Part shown: piece by piece, positions 18,143-27,010 of the stretch | Numbering within the stretch: the stretch's first letter is position 1 | How the letters are laid out: each line of letters begins with the position of its first letter | Assembly: GCA_963677595.1 (NCBI GenBank) | Contig: OY782041.1 | Coordinates: 1,440,001-1,504,000 of the forward strand | Length of the DNA stretch: 64,000 bases | Direction of reading: 5' to 3' | Origin: Spirochaetia bacterium | GTDB lineage: Bacteria > Spirochaetota > Spirochaetia > CAKZLE01 | The notes under the pieces: generated by a model | What the model saw: the letters and a program-made list of their open reading frames with translations, nothing else | The model's database searches: none | Told to the model about the DNA's origin: nothing | Translations under genes and position numbers: made by a program

Positions 18143-19066
18143 TTATTCCTTCTCATCTCTGAACAATTCCATGCAGTTCTGCAGGAACATCGAATATGTC
18201 ACATCCTCAGGCAGCCCTAGCGACCTGACCGAGGCCTCTCCGTCGTCACCCCATGGATAGGGATCGTCTAGCATCTCATGAGAGCTGAGGAAGGTATGTA
18301 TCCTCTGCACGGTCCGGCTGTTCTCCTCTACAGACATCCAGGGAAAGAGTTTATCCGTTTTACTGAAGAACATGGCATCACTCCCGAAGAGGATCCTCTC
18401 CCGGTACCTGGTGAAGAACTCAATTGACTCCTCCCGCTGGTTCGAGAGTACCCGGTAGAACCAGCGTCCGGGAGCCGTATCAAGGGAGAGATTCTGGTGC
18501 CGGTCCATGATCGCAGAGAGTTCCCCCAGGTCGCCACCTGAGAGGAACAGCAGGTGGGCACAGATGACGTTCGTCCCCGGACAGCGTCCGAGCAGCTGCT
18601 CGAACTGCGCGATATACCAGCTGAAGGGAGGATAGTCCTTTGCATACATTCCACCCTTCTCCCAGAATGCAGGGGGATCAGCTGCATGGACCAGAACCGG
18701 CATGCCGAGTTCCCCTGCCGCACAGACAGCCTCCTCGATCTCCCCTGAGACCATCTGCATACCGTGGGCTCTCCCGATCGAGGGTTTCCCGATCCAGAGC
18801 TTCAGCCCGGAGAACCCTGCAGTCTGCAGGTCCCTGACCTGCCCTACAGCCCCTCGCTCCCCGATCCTCCCGTACTCCAGGCAGCCGTAGCCGAAGAACC
18901 GGGATGGGTCACGTTCGAGGGCATACAGGATCGCCGGGTTGTAAGAGGTACCGTCTGCCTTCGGCAGCGATACCAGGCCAGCCCGTTCTATCCCGTTGAG
19001 GTCACAGAAGGAGACGAGATCCCCATACCGTTGGGTTTCACAGAAATGGACATGTGCATCGATCAT
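18143..19066 (-). CDS. Amidohydrolase-superfamily metal-dependent hydrolase (Amidohydro_2-like)
   Basis: Motifs IDAHVH, GLK, LVH, CAH and LFGSD; ATGA overlap with the upstream gene. Confidence 0.85.
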   Translation of the reverse strand: MIDAHVHFCETQRYGDLVSFCDLNGIERAGLVSLPKADGTSYNPAILYALERDPSRFFGYGCLEYGRIGERGAVGQVRDLQTAGFSGLKLWIGKPSIGRAHGMQMVSGEIEEAVCAAGELGMPVLVHAADPPAFWEKGGMYAKDYPPFSWYIAQFEQLLGRCPGTNVICAHLLFLSGGDLGELSAIMDRHQNLSLDTAPGRWFYRVLSNQREESIEFFTRYRERILFGSDAMFFSKTDKLFPWMSVEENSRTVQRIHTFLSSHEMLDDPYPWGDDGEASVRSLGLPEDVTYSMFLQNCMELFRDEKE

Positions 19067-19902
19067 CTCAGGGCGAACTCCGGCGTACCCGCCACGATCG
19101 GCGTCACATAATACTTGATAGCAGGATGTCCCTGCACCAGGGTCACGGGGAATTCAGGGGTCGGTTCGGTAAGCAGCGCCTTCCTGAAGACCGATGCCTG
19201 CCAGGGTCGGTTGAAGAAGATCTGGAGCTTCCGTGCCCCTGCGATCTGCTTCATCCCCACGGTAACCGCCCGTTTCGGTATCTCCTCGAACGCCCCCCGC
19301 AGGGCCGTGTTGGAGTTGATCGTGATCGTCTCCCGAGTCAGCTCCACTACCCGCGTGGGGAGATGGAGGAACTCCTCAGCCGTGATCTTCGCTTCACTGA
19401 TCGGTTCGTTGAAGGCAAGGTGCCCCACGATGCCCACTCCTGCATGACAGAGGTCGATACCGCCGAGCTCCTCGATCCTCGCATCATAGGCCCCTGGGTC
19501 TGCAGGGTCGGGGAAATGGATCTGTTCTGGATTCAGCCCGTACTGTTCAGGCATGGGATCGATCAGTTCCCGCCTGATGAAGCCCTGGAAGGAGAGGGGG
19601 TCGTCAGGATCTACCCTCAGATCGGTGCCGTCTTGGAGGTACTCATCCATGAAGAAGAGGTGGAGGTTCGAGAGGTCGATCGGCCGGTAGTCCAGCAGGG
19701 TGATGAACCTGCGGTACTGGAAGACCGGCCCGACCGGCATGATGCAGGTCGTAGGCTTCCCGAGAGCATTCTGCTCCTCGATCGTCTGGTACAGCGATAA
19801 CGCCATGTGGTAATAGAGGTCGATGTCTGACTCGACTGTCGTGATGTCAGACCCTGTCCGAGATGTGATCTCTTTTACTGTTGTGGAATAGATTGGATTC
19901 AT
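19063..19902 (-). CDS. Glucosamine-6-phosphate deaminase/isomerase (NagB)-family protein, divergent type
   Basis: Motifs FMDEY, GVGIVGHLAFNEP and AVTVGM; PVGP in place of the ATGST loop; AAGGAG RBS. Confidence 0.8.
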   Translation of the reverse strand: MNPIYSTTVKEITSRTGSDITTVESDIDLYYHMALSLYQTIEEQNALGKPTTCIMPVGPVFQYRRFITLLDYRPIDLSNLHLFFMDEYLQDGTDLRVDPDDPLSFQGFIRRELIDPMPEQYGLNPEQIHFPDPADPGAYDARIEELGGIDLCHAGVGIVGHLAFNEPISEAKITAEEFLHLPTRVVELTRETITINSNTALRGAFEEIPKRAVTVGMKQIAGARKLQIFFNRPWQASVFRKALLTEPTPEFPVTLVQGHPAIKYYVTPIVAGTPEFALR

Positions 19903-20032
19903 CTTCTTGCTCCTTTGCAGTGTGCAAGAAAGAAAATTAGCCCGGGCTTCGCCCAAACGCCTCCCGGTGACCTCGGATGGCCTTACCTGCCATTGATGAT
20001 CCCGGAATGGGACAAGGAGTGTCCGTATCGCA

Positions 20033-20060
20033 AGCTTACCATAGATGCAGTATTATGCAA
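20033..20060 (-). promoter_or_regulatory. Promoter for the NagB-like module
   Basis: TTGCAT-16 nt-TAAGCT with extended TG, immediately after the upstream terminator. Confidence 0.5.
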
Positions 20061-20062
20061 GG

Positions 20063-20091
20063 GGAAAAGCTGCTCTCGGAACAGCTTTTCC
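20063..20091 (-). terminator. Terminator hairpin after the DASS transporter gene
   Basis: GGAAAAGCTG / CAGCTTTTCC 10-bp stem. Confidence 0.7.
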
Positions 20092-20100
20092 GCCAAGTAC

Positions 20101-21564
20101 CTAATATAATCCCGTCCCCAGCCCGACGAGGTAGACGACGCCGGAGAGGATGATCGACCCGAAGAGGGTCATGAGCAGTCCCGACTTCGCGAAGTCCGCG
20201 ATCGAGAAGTAGCCAGCCGAATAGGGGATGACGTTCGTGGGTGAGGAGGTCACCAGGATGAACGCAAGCGATGCCACCAGTGAGGCCGGCAGGGCCACGG
20301 AGAGCACCGGCAGTCCCAAGGCGACGGCCAACTCGATCATGATCGGGATGATGATCGTTGCCGTGACCGTGTTACTCGAGAAGACGATCTTCAGCAGCGA
20401 GATCATCAGCACGATCACGAACACCATCACGTACGACGGCAGGCTCCCGATGCCTGAGAGCAGTACCACCGACAGCCATCTCGCAGCTCCCGTCGTGTAG
20501 AGCATCATCCCCAGCGAGATACCCGTCACGATCAGGATGATCCCGCTCCACGATACCTGCGGCTCGATCTGCTTCCACGGAATACGCGATACCTTCGGCA
20601 GGAAGAACAGACAGGCGGTGAACATCACCGGCATCGAGATCGGGATGCTGATCCCCAGCCACTTCCCGAGCACCGGCGAACCGAGCCACAGCACCACCGT
20701 GATCAGGAAGAGCACCATTGTGATGATCTCCTCCCGCCCCATCGGCGGCAGGTCCCTCGACTCCTGCTTGAGCTCTTCCTTCGTCTTCGACAAGTGGCTC
20801 ATCTCCGGCTTGAAGAAGATCATCAGCGTCACCCAGGAGGCCGGGATCATCAACAGTGCCGCCGGCACCCCGTAGAGCATCCACTGCCCGAAGGTTACGT
20901 CATAGCCTGCCATATCCTTCAGGAATCCGATCGCCAACGCGTTCGGTCCCGCACCTGAGGGGGTCGCGATCCCCCCGATGATCGAGCCTTGCGCACACGC
21001 GATCAAGAGCGCTCTCCCGAAGTTGCTCTCCAGCGGCTTGATCCCTTCCTCTTCCAGGATCGCCACCGCCAGCGGCATCAGCATCGCCGCTACCGCCATG
21101 TTCGTGATCCACATCGACAGCAGACCACCTGCCAGCAGGAACCCGAAGAGGATGCTCTTCGTCGAGTTCCCCGTCTTCGAGAGGATCAGTACACCGATGC
21201 GTTTCCCCAGTCCCGATGTCGTGATGAACGCTGAGAGGATCAGTACCCCGATGAAGAACGTCACCGTGTTCGACCCGAACCCCTCTTTCACGATCACCTT
21301 GTAGGTATCTACCCGAAACAACGTCAGCAGCACGATCGACAGCATCCCCGTCACATGGAACGGGATCGCCTCGGTCATCCACAGCACCAGCGCGAAGGCC
21401 AGTACCCCCATCGCCGCCTGTCCGGTCACCGTCAACTCCGCACTCCCCACGATCCGCACCGAATCGGCGATCGGCATACTCTTCACCACCACCATCAGTA
21501 CGACCGCCAGCACGAAGTACAGCAGCTTCTTCGCATCTATCTTCTGTATCTCATTCAGGCTCAT
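20101..21564 (-). CDS. DASS/SLC13-family anion transporter (candidate sulfoacetate exporter)
   Basis: Motifs LWMTEAIP, SMWITN, GGIATPSG..PN, FSSNT and SPTN; last gene of the dehydrogenase/ligase operon. Confidence 0.88.
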   Translation of the reverse strand: MSLNEIQKIDAKKLLYFVLAVVLMVVVKSMPIADSVRIVGSAELTVTGQAAMGVLAFALVLWMTEAIPFHVTGMLSIVLLTLFRVDTYKVIVKEGFGSNTVTFFIGVLILSAFITTSGLGKRIGVLILSKTGNSTKSILFGFLLAGGLLSMWITNMAVAAMLMPLAVAILEEEGIKPLESNFGRALLIACAQGSIIGGIATPSGAGPNALAIGFLKDMAGYDVTFGQWMLYGVPAALLMIPASWVTLMIFFKPEMSHLSKTKEELKQESRDLPPMGREEIITMVLFLITVVLWLGSPVLGKWLGISIPISMPVMFTACLFFLPKVSRIPWKQIEPQVSWSGIILIVTGISLGMMLYTTGAARWLSVVLLSGIGSLPSYVMVFVIVLMISLLKIVFSSNTVTATIIIPIMIELAVALGLPVLSVALPASLVASLAFILVTSSPTNVIPYSAGYFSIADFAKSGLLMTLFGSIILSGVVYLVGLGTGLY

Positions 21565-21578
21565 CGAGCTCTCCTCTC

Positions 21579-22463
21579 TCAGTCTTCCAGCAGTTCCTTC
21601 AGCAACTCTCCCACGAACCGCGGCCGTTCAGCCACCAGCCCGCCGGCTTCCGTCAAGGCAGCGATCTTCCCTTCCACCGTCCCTTTACCACCAGTCACGA
21701 TCGCTCCCGCATGGCCCATCCGCTTCCCTTTCGGTGCCGTACGGCCCCCTAAGAATGCCACCACCGGCTTCGTGAAGCTCCCGTCTGCCATCGCCTCGGC
21801 TACTTCCTCTTCCATCGTCCCGCCAAGCTCCCCGATGATCACCACCGCGTCGGTCGTCTCATCGGCTTCATAGAGCGGCAACATCTCGGCAAACCGCGTC
21901 CCCGGTACCGGGTCACCCCCGATCCCGATGAGCGAACTCACCCCAAAGCCTGCGGCGACTACCATCGCCGTCACCTCATTGGTCAACGACCCGCTTCGCG
22001 TCATGACCCCGATCCGTCCCGGCTTGTACACCCGATCGATCCAGTACGGGAACATCCCCATCATCGCCGATCCCGGGCTGATCACCCCAGAGGTGTTCCC
22101 ACCGACCACCATCGCCCCGCAGCTCTTCGCTGCAGCACGGATCTCCACCATCTCATGCAGCGGGATCCCGTCGGCGATCGTCACGATTTTTTTGATCCCG
22201 CCATCAAGTGCCTCGAAGACAGCATCTTTGGTGAACCGCGGTGGCACGAACAGCATCGCCGCATCCACCTCATGCTCTGCCACTGCCCGTCTCACCGAGT
22301 GGTAGACCGGCTTCCCGCAGACAGCCTGCCCTTCTTTCCCCGGCGTCACCCCGCAGGTCACCTGCGTCCCAAGATCTATCATATGGCCCGTCCAGAAGCT
22401 CCCCTCTTTCCCGGTGATCCCCTGCACGAGTACCTTCGTATCCCTGTCTATGAATATGCTCAT
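21579..22463 (-). CDS. sqwL: ADP-forming acyl-CoA ligase alpha subunit (SucD family), probable sulfoacetate-CoA ligase
   Basis: Motifs VQGITGKEG, RSGSLT, GIGGD and phospho-His RMGHAGA. True start is MSIFID. K/L lettering is assumed from gene order. Confidence 0.8.
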   Translation of the reverse strand: MSIFIDRDTKVLVQGITGKEGSFWTGHMIDLGTQVTCGVTPGKEGQAVCGKPVYHSVRRAVAEHEVDAAMLFVPPRFTKDAVFEALDGGIKKIVTIADGIPLHEMVEIRAAAKSCGAMVVGGNTSGVISPGSAMMGMFPYWIDRVYKPGRIGVMTRSGSLTNEVTAMVVAAGFGVSSLIGIGGDPVPGTRFAEMLPLYEADETTDAVVIIGELGGTMEEEVAEAMADGSFTKPVVAFLGGRTAPKGKRMGHAGAIVTGGKGTVEGKIAALTEAGGLVAERPRFVGELLKELLED

Positions 22464-22468
22464 CTCTC

Positions 22469-23587
22469 TTAAGCTCCCTTCGCGATCGCCACGGCTTTCC
22501 GTACAGCCTCTTCCGTATCGAACAGCGGCTCGAGTCCTGCAGCTTGCAGGATCCTCACGGCCTCTTCCTCGTTCGTCCCACGGATGCACGTCACGATCGG
22601 CCGGTCCGGCTTCAGCTTCGTCATCGCTTCCACGATCCCCTCTGCCATCACGTCCGCCCGCGCGATCGTCCCGAAGGTCACCATCAGGATCACCTTCGAC
22701 TCGTTTTGCAGACACAGTTCCATCGCTCGCATCGCCTTCCGGTAGTTCGGCCCCCCGAACTCCAGGTAGTTCGCGACCTTCCCCCCTTCGTAGTTGATCA
22801 GGTCGTAGACGGTCGTCGTCAGTCCTGCCCCCGCACACATCAACGAGATGTCCCCGTCGAACTGCAGGTACGGGATCCCCTCTCTCGCTGCCTCGAACTC
22901 CATGTCGCTCTCGTAGTACTCCCGGGTCCGCTCATACCCCGGCTGCCGCTCCATCGAGTTCTCATCGATACTGAGCTTCCCGTCCCCAGCAAGCACCTGC
23001 CCCTCACTCGTGATGAACAGCGGGTTGATCTCCGCAAGCTCCGCATCACAGCTGGAGAAGACCTCGTAGAGCTGCATCACGATCTTCTTCACCTGCTTCG
23101 CCACCATACCCTCGCAGCCCAGCCGGTAGGCAAGGTCCCCTGCCTGGTACGGCTGCAGCCCCGCGGTGATGTCCACCGCCTCCTGGATGATCTTCTCAGG
23201 GTCACTCACCGCCAAGCTCTCGATCTCCACCCCGCCTTCTGCGCTCGCGATGATCAATGCAGACGGGGCCACCGGGTCGATCGTCACCGACAGGTAGATC
23301 TCACGGTCGATAGACACCGCTTCTTCCACCAGCAGCTTCTTCACCCCATGCTCGGAGGCAAACAACCGCTCGGCTTCAGATTTCGCTTCATCTGCCGTTC
23401 TCACGAACGGGATCAGTCCCGCCTTCCCGCGCCCGCCCCGCAGCACCTGCGATTTCAGCACGCACGGCAGCCCGACTTCCTCGATCGCTGCACGCACCTC
23501 TTCCACGCTCTCGGCCAGTATACCCTTCGGCGTCGGTATCCCGTGGGTCCGGAAGACCGCTTTCGCCTGGTATTCGAATAGTTTCAT
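22469..23587 (-). CDS. sqwK: ADP-forming acyl-CoA ligase beta subunit (SucC family), probable sulfoacetate-CoA ligase
   Basis: Motifs MKLFEYQAK, KSQVLRGGRGKAG, EINPL, AGAGL, ANYLEFGG and RGTN. Confidence 0.8.
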   Translation of the reverse strand: MKLFEYQAKAVFRTHGIPTPKGILAESVEEVRAAIEEVGLPCVLKSQVLRGGRGKAGLIPFVRTADEAKSEAERLFASEHGVKKLLVEEAVSIDREIYLSVTIDPVAPSALIIASAEGGVEIESLAVSDPEKIIQEAVDITAGLQPYQAGDLAYRLGCEGMVAKQVKKIVMQLYEVFSSCDAELAEINPLFITSEGQVLAGDGKLSIDENSMERQPGYERTREYYESDMEFEAAREGIPYLQFDGDISLMCAGAGLTTTVYDLINYEGGKVANYLEFGGPNYRKAMRAMELCLQNESKVILMVTFGTIARADVMAEGIVEAMTKLKPDRPIVTCIRGTNEEEAVRILQAAGLEPLFDTEEAVRKAVAIAKGA

Positions 23588-23592
23588 CGCTC

Positions 23593-25011
23593 TTATTCCC
23601 CGTACTTCTCTACGAATGCTCCAAACATCTCCTCATCACTCGGCTTCACCGGCGTGATCGGCTTCGAAAGCCATGTCACATTCAGGAAGTGCTTGTAGTT
23701 GATGTTCTCCGTCGTGATGTTCCCGCCCCACGTACCGCAGCCTAACGTTACCGTACTCGGCATCCCGTTGAAGAAGTTCCCCCCGTTCGCCGGCGCCTGC
23801 GGCTGGTTCACGATGATCCTCGAGGACTTCATGTGGGTCCCGAGGTAGTCGATGTATGCCTCCTTCTGCGTGAAGATCCCGCAGGAGTGTCCTGTCCCGT
23901 TGTTGTCCGTGATCTCTTTGAGCAGCGTATACCCCTCTTCGAAGTCTGCGTACTTCCATACCGTGAGCACCGGAGAGAGCTTCTCCTTCGCATACCGGTC
24001 TTCGGTGATCGGCCTCTTCCCCTCTACCACGAGCATCCGCTTCTCTGCAGGGATCGAAAGCCCTGCATCAGCTGCGATCACCTGCGCCGACTTCGCCACG
24101 ATCCCGGGGTTCAGGGCCACATACCCCTTCTTGTTCTCGACCCACATCCAGTGCTCTAACGTCTGCTTCTCTTCAGCCGAACACAGGTATCCGCCTTCTG
24201 CTTCCAGGAGTCTCATGAACTCGTCATAGATCGACTCTTGCACGATCACGGAGTTCTCCGACGAGCAGCTCGTCGCGTTGTCGAAGCATTTGCTCAATGC
24301 TACCTTCGCTGCCGCGTCGGCTACATCGGCATCCTCGGCGATGATCTGCACCGAGTTCCCCGGCCCTACCCCGTAGGCTGGCGTGCCCGATGAGTAGGCG
24401 GCCTTCACCATCGCGGAGCCCCCGGTCGCCAAGACCAGGTCCACCTTCGCCATCAGTTCCCCCGTGGCCGGGATCGACGGTTCTGCGATGATCTGGATGA
24501 GATCCTCAGGTGCCCCCACCTTCTTCAAGCCGGCACGCATGTACTCGACTGCCAGTGAGGAGGCTGCCTTCGACCGCGGGTGCGGTGCGAAGATCACCGC
24601 GTTCCGCCCTTTGAGCACGCTCACCGCGTTGCTCCCCGGCGTCGCCGTCGGGTTCGTCACCGGCGTCAATGCCCCGATGACCCCCACCGGCTTGGCATAC
24701 TTGAAGATCTGCTTCGCCTCATTCACCTCGATGAGCCCCACTGACTTCGCGCCTGAGTCCATCACGTCCTTCAGTACCCCGAGAATCTTCCCCTTGTGCT
24801 TCTTCACCTTGTCCTCGTAGTTCCCCATCCCCGTCTCCTCGACGGCCAATGCGGCGAGTTTCTCGATGTTCTCGTCCTTGTACACTTCCCATCCGATCGC
24901 CAAGCACACCTCGTCGATCTGCTCCTGGGTGTAGTCGGCTACCTGCGCCTGCGCGGCTCGGGCCTTCTCTACGAGTTCCGCGATCATATCCTGGGTTTCC
25001 TGCTCTGCCAT
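23593..25011 (-). CDS. sqwD: CoA-acylating aldehyde dehydrogenase, probable sulfoacetaldehyde dehydrogenase (SqwD/SauS-like)
   Basis: Motifs PVTNPT, ATGG..MVKAAYSSGTPAYGVGPGN, catalytic SCSSEN, GHSCG and TLGCGTWG. Confidence 0.85.
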   Translation of the reverse strand: MAEQETQDMIAELVEKARAAQAQVADYTQEQIDEVCLAIGWEVYKDENIEKLAALAVEETGMGNYEDKVKKHKGKILGVLKDVMDSGAKSVGLIEVNEAKQIFKYAKPVGVIGALTPVTNPTATPGSNAVSVLKGRNAVIFAPHPRSKAASSLAVEYMRAGLKKVGAPEDLIQIIAEPSIPATGELMAKVDLVLATGGSAMVKAAYSSGTPAYGVGPGNSVQIIAEDADVADAAAKVALSKCFDNATSCSSENSVIVQESIYDEFMRLLEAEGGYLCSAEEKQTLEHWMWVENKKGYVALNPGIVAKSAQVIAADAGLSIPAEKRMLVVEGKRPITEDRYAKEKLSPVLTVWKYADFEEGYTLLKEITDNNGTGHSCGIFTQKEAYIDYLGTHMKSSRIIVNQPQAPANGGNFFNGMPSTVTLGCGTWGGNITTENINYKHFLNVTWLSKPITPVKPSDEEMFGAFVEKYGE

Positions 25012-25039
25012 GGTTTATACTCCTATCTATGATAATGTA

Positions 25040-25089
25040 TTACTTACTTCTAGTAAGAAACTATAGCACGAGAAGGGAATACTGTCTAT
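25040..25089 (-). promoter_or_regulatory. Promoter with ROK operator 2 just downstream of the -10 box
   Basis: Minus strand reads TAGACA-17 nt-TATAGT; operator TTACTTAC-TTCTA-GTAAGAAA at 25040-25060. Confidence 0.7.
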
Positions 25090-25146
25090 GAAAAACCGTT
25101 TGAAATCTGTAATTACCTGGTTGTCAGTTAAGCAGGGAACAGGGAT

Positions 25147-25177
25147 CCATGGACTGAACAGTACGTTCAGTCCATGG
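25147..25177 (-). terminator. Hairpin after the ABC permease operon
   Basis: 13-bp perfect stem CCATGGACTGAAC / GTTCAGTCCATGG. Confidence 0.7.
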
Positions 25178-25186
25178 CTGTGGTCA

Positions 25187-26041
25187 TTATCCCTTCACCG
25201 CCCCTGCAGTCATGCCGCTGATGATGCGGTCATGGAGGAAGATGTAGACGAAGATCGTCGGGATCATCGTGATCACGATCGCGGCCAGCATGCTGGTGTA
25301 ATCGATGACGAACTGGCTCCGGAAGAACCTGATACCGAGCTGCAGTGTCCTTGAGGCCTCAGAGGAGGTGAGCAGCATGGCATAGGTGAACTCATTCCAG
25401 CAATAGATGAAGACGAGGGTTCCCGCGGTGACCAAGCCCGGCTTGGTCAAGGGGAACACGACCTTGGTGAACCTCTGGGCGAAGCTGCAGCCATCGATGA
25501 CGGCGGCTTCCTCCAGTTCTACAGGAATGGATCCCATGAACCCGTGGACGAGGAAGAGTGATACCGGGATGTTCATCGCCGCATAGGTGATGACCAGGCC
25601 CAGCAGGGTGTCATAGAGTCCGAAACCGCTGACGATCTTGAAATAGGGGACCATCAGCGCGATGATCGGGACGAGGACACCTGCGAGGATGACGTTGAGC
25701 AGGGTCTCATTGAACCGGAACTTCTCCCGCGAGATGGCGAACGCCCCCATGGCCGATACCACGAGGTTCAGGGCCATCGCGCAGGTGGAGACGATCGCTG
25801 AGTTCAGGAAGAGTCTCGGCAGACCTGCCATGTCGAGTGCCTTCGCATAGTTCTGGAACTGCCAGACTGCCGGAAGCGCAAAGGGCTGCGTCTCGAACTC
25901 GAGGTTCGTCTTGAACGACGAGATGATCAGCCAGATGATGGGTACAAAGGTCATGATCACGAAGAAGATGATATAGGCCCATTTCGCGATCTTGGCGATA
26001 TAGTCGACTGCAGTACGTTTCTGTAATGTGTTCTTTCCCAT
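25187..26041 (-). CDS. Carbohydrate ABC transporter permease (MalG-like)
   Basis: EAA motif ELEEAAVIDG, WNEF, and C-terminal GMTAGAVKG; start MGKN. Confidence 0.92.
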   Translation of the reverse strand: MGKNTLQKRTAVDYIAKIAKWAYIIFFVIMTFVPIIWLIISSFKTNLEFETQPFALPAVWQFQNYAKALDMAGLPRLFLNSAIVSTCAMALNLVVSAMGAFAISREKFRFNETLLNVILAGVLVPIIALMVPYFKIVSGFGLYDTLLGLVITYAAMNIPVSLFLVHGFMGSIPVELEEAAVIDGCSFAQRFTKVVFPLTKPGLVTAGTLVFIYCWNEFTYAMLLTSSEASRTLQLGIRFFRSQFVIDYTSMLAAIVITMIPTIFVYIFLHDRIISGMTAGAVKG

Positions 26042-26051
26042 GATGCTCCCC

Positions 26052-26930
26052 CTACTGCACTGTATCAGCAGCGTCGTCCCTGCTGAAGATCCATCGGATG
26101 AACGCGATGATGGCACCGCCGAAGATGATCAGGACAGACCCGATCGCGTTCGCCTCGCCGTATTTCAACGCCCCGAGGTCCCTGAAGAGCATGATCCCCA
26201 AAACAGAGGTGGAATGTGCCGGCCCGCCGTTGGTCATCAGGTAGGTTGACTCGAAGTGCCTCATCCCGTAGGCGAGTGCCAGGGTACTTGTCGTGACCAG
26301 GATCCCCTTGAGCATCGGGATCGTGATGTGCCGTTCCTGCTGGAAGATGTTGGCCCCGTCGATCTCCGCCGCCTCATAGAAGGTCTCTGAGATGCCCATC
26401 CGTGAGGCGAGGATGACGATCATGAAATAACCGATATAGAAGAGCTGCTGTACGATCACAGCAGGGAATGCCGTATTCATGTCACCGAGCCAGTTCCGCG
26501 TCAGCCCATCCAGGCCAACAGCTCCCAGCAGGTTGTTCAGGATGCCGAACTCCGCGTTATAGATAGCAAGCCACATCATGGCGAGGGCTACCTGCGAGAT
26601 GACGTTCGGGAGAAAATAGACCGTCCTGAACAGTTTCCATCCCTTCGGTTTCCGTGCCAGGATCATAGCCATCCCCGCAGCCAGCGGGATCTGTACGAAG
26701 CCGAGCACGAGTGCCCAGACGATGTTGTTCCTCAGAGAGAGCCTGAACGTCTCATCACTGAACAGATCGATATAGTTCTTGAAGCCGATGAACTCCATCT
26801 TCCCTATACCGTTCCATTTAGTGAAGCTCGTCGCCATGACGAATCCGAGCGGATAGACGAAATAGGCAATGAAGAGAATCAGAACGGGGAGGAGGAAGAC
26901 AAGGATCATCTTCCAGTTCTTGTTCCGCAT
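26052..26930 (-). CDS. Carbohydrate ABC transporter permease (MalF-like)
   Basis: Motifs FIGFKNY, YEAAEIDGA and TNGGP; start MRNK. Confidence 0.92.
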   Translation of the reverse strand: MRNKNWKMILVFLLPVLILFIAYFVYPLGFVMATSFTKWNGIGKMEFIGFKNYIDLFSDETFRLSLRNNIVWALVLGFVQIPLAAGMAMILARKPKGWKLFRTVYFLPNVISQVALAMMWLAIYNAEFGILNNLLGAVGLDGLTRNWLGDMNTAFPAVIVQQLFYIGYFMIVILASRMGISETFYEAAEIDGANIFQQERHITIPMLKGILVTTSTLALAYGMRHFESTYLMTNGGPAHSTSVLGIMLFRDLGALKYGEANAIGSVLIIFGGAIIAFIRWIFSRDDAADTVQ

Positions 26931-27010
26931 AATACTAACCACCTTTTCGCAGAAGGCCCGGTGAAACACCAGGCCTTCATTGTTTTCTGTACGTGTTATG
27001 ATCCTGCGGA

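Noticed and set aside
19930-20030. SRP RNA, 6S RNA, glmS ribozyme or hammerhead
   Set aside because: The diagnostic cores are absent (SRP CAGG/GGAA/AGCA, glmS AGCGC…GACGAGG, hammerhead CUGAnGA…GAAA); kept only as an unnamed structured leader
22464-22838. N-terminal extension of the ligase alpha-subunit ORF (similarly 56146-56343, 47649-47783, 2587-2688)
   Set aside because: The extensions overlap upstream genes or promoters; family similarity and RBS begin at the internal ATG
21579-23587. TCA-cycle succinyl-CoA synthetase sucCD
   Set aside because: Same family, but it shares an operon with an acylating aldehyde dehydrogenase under the SQ-locus operator, which favours a sulfoacetate-CoA ligase
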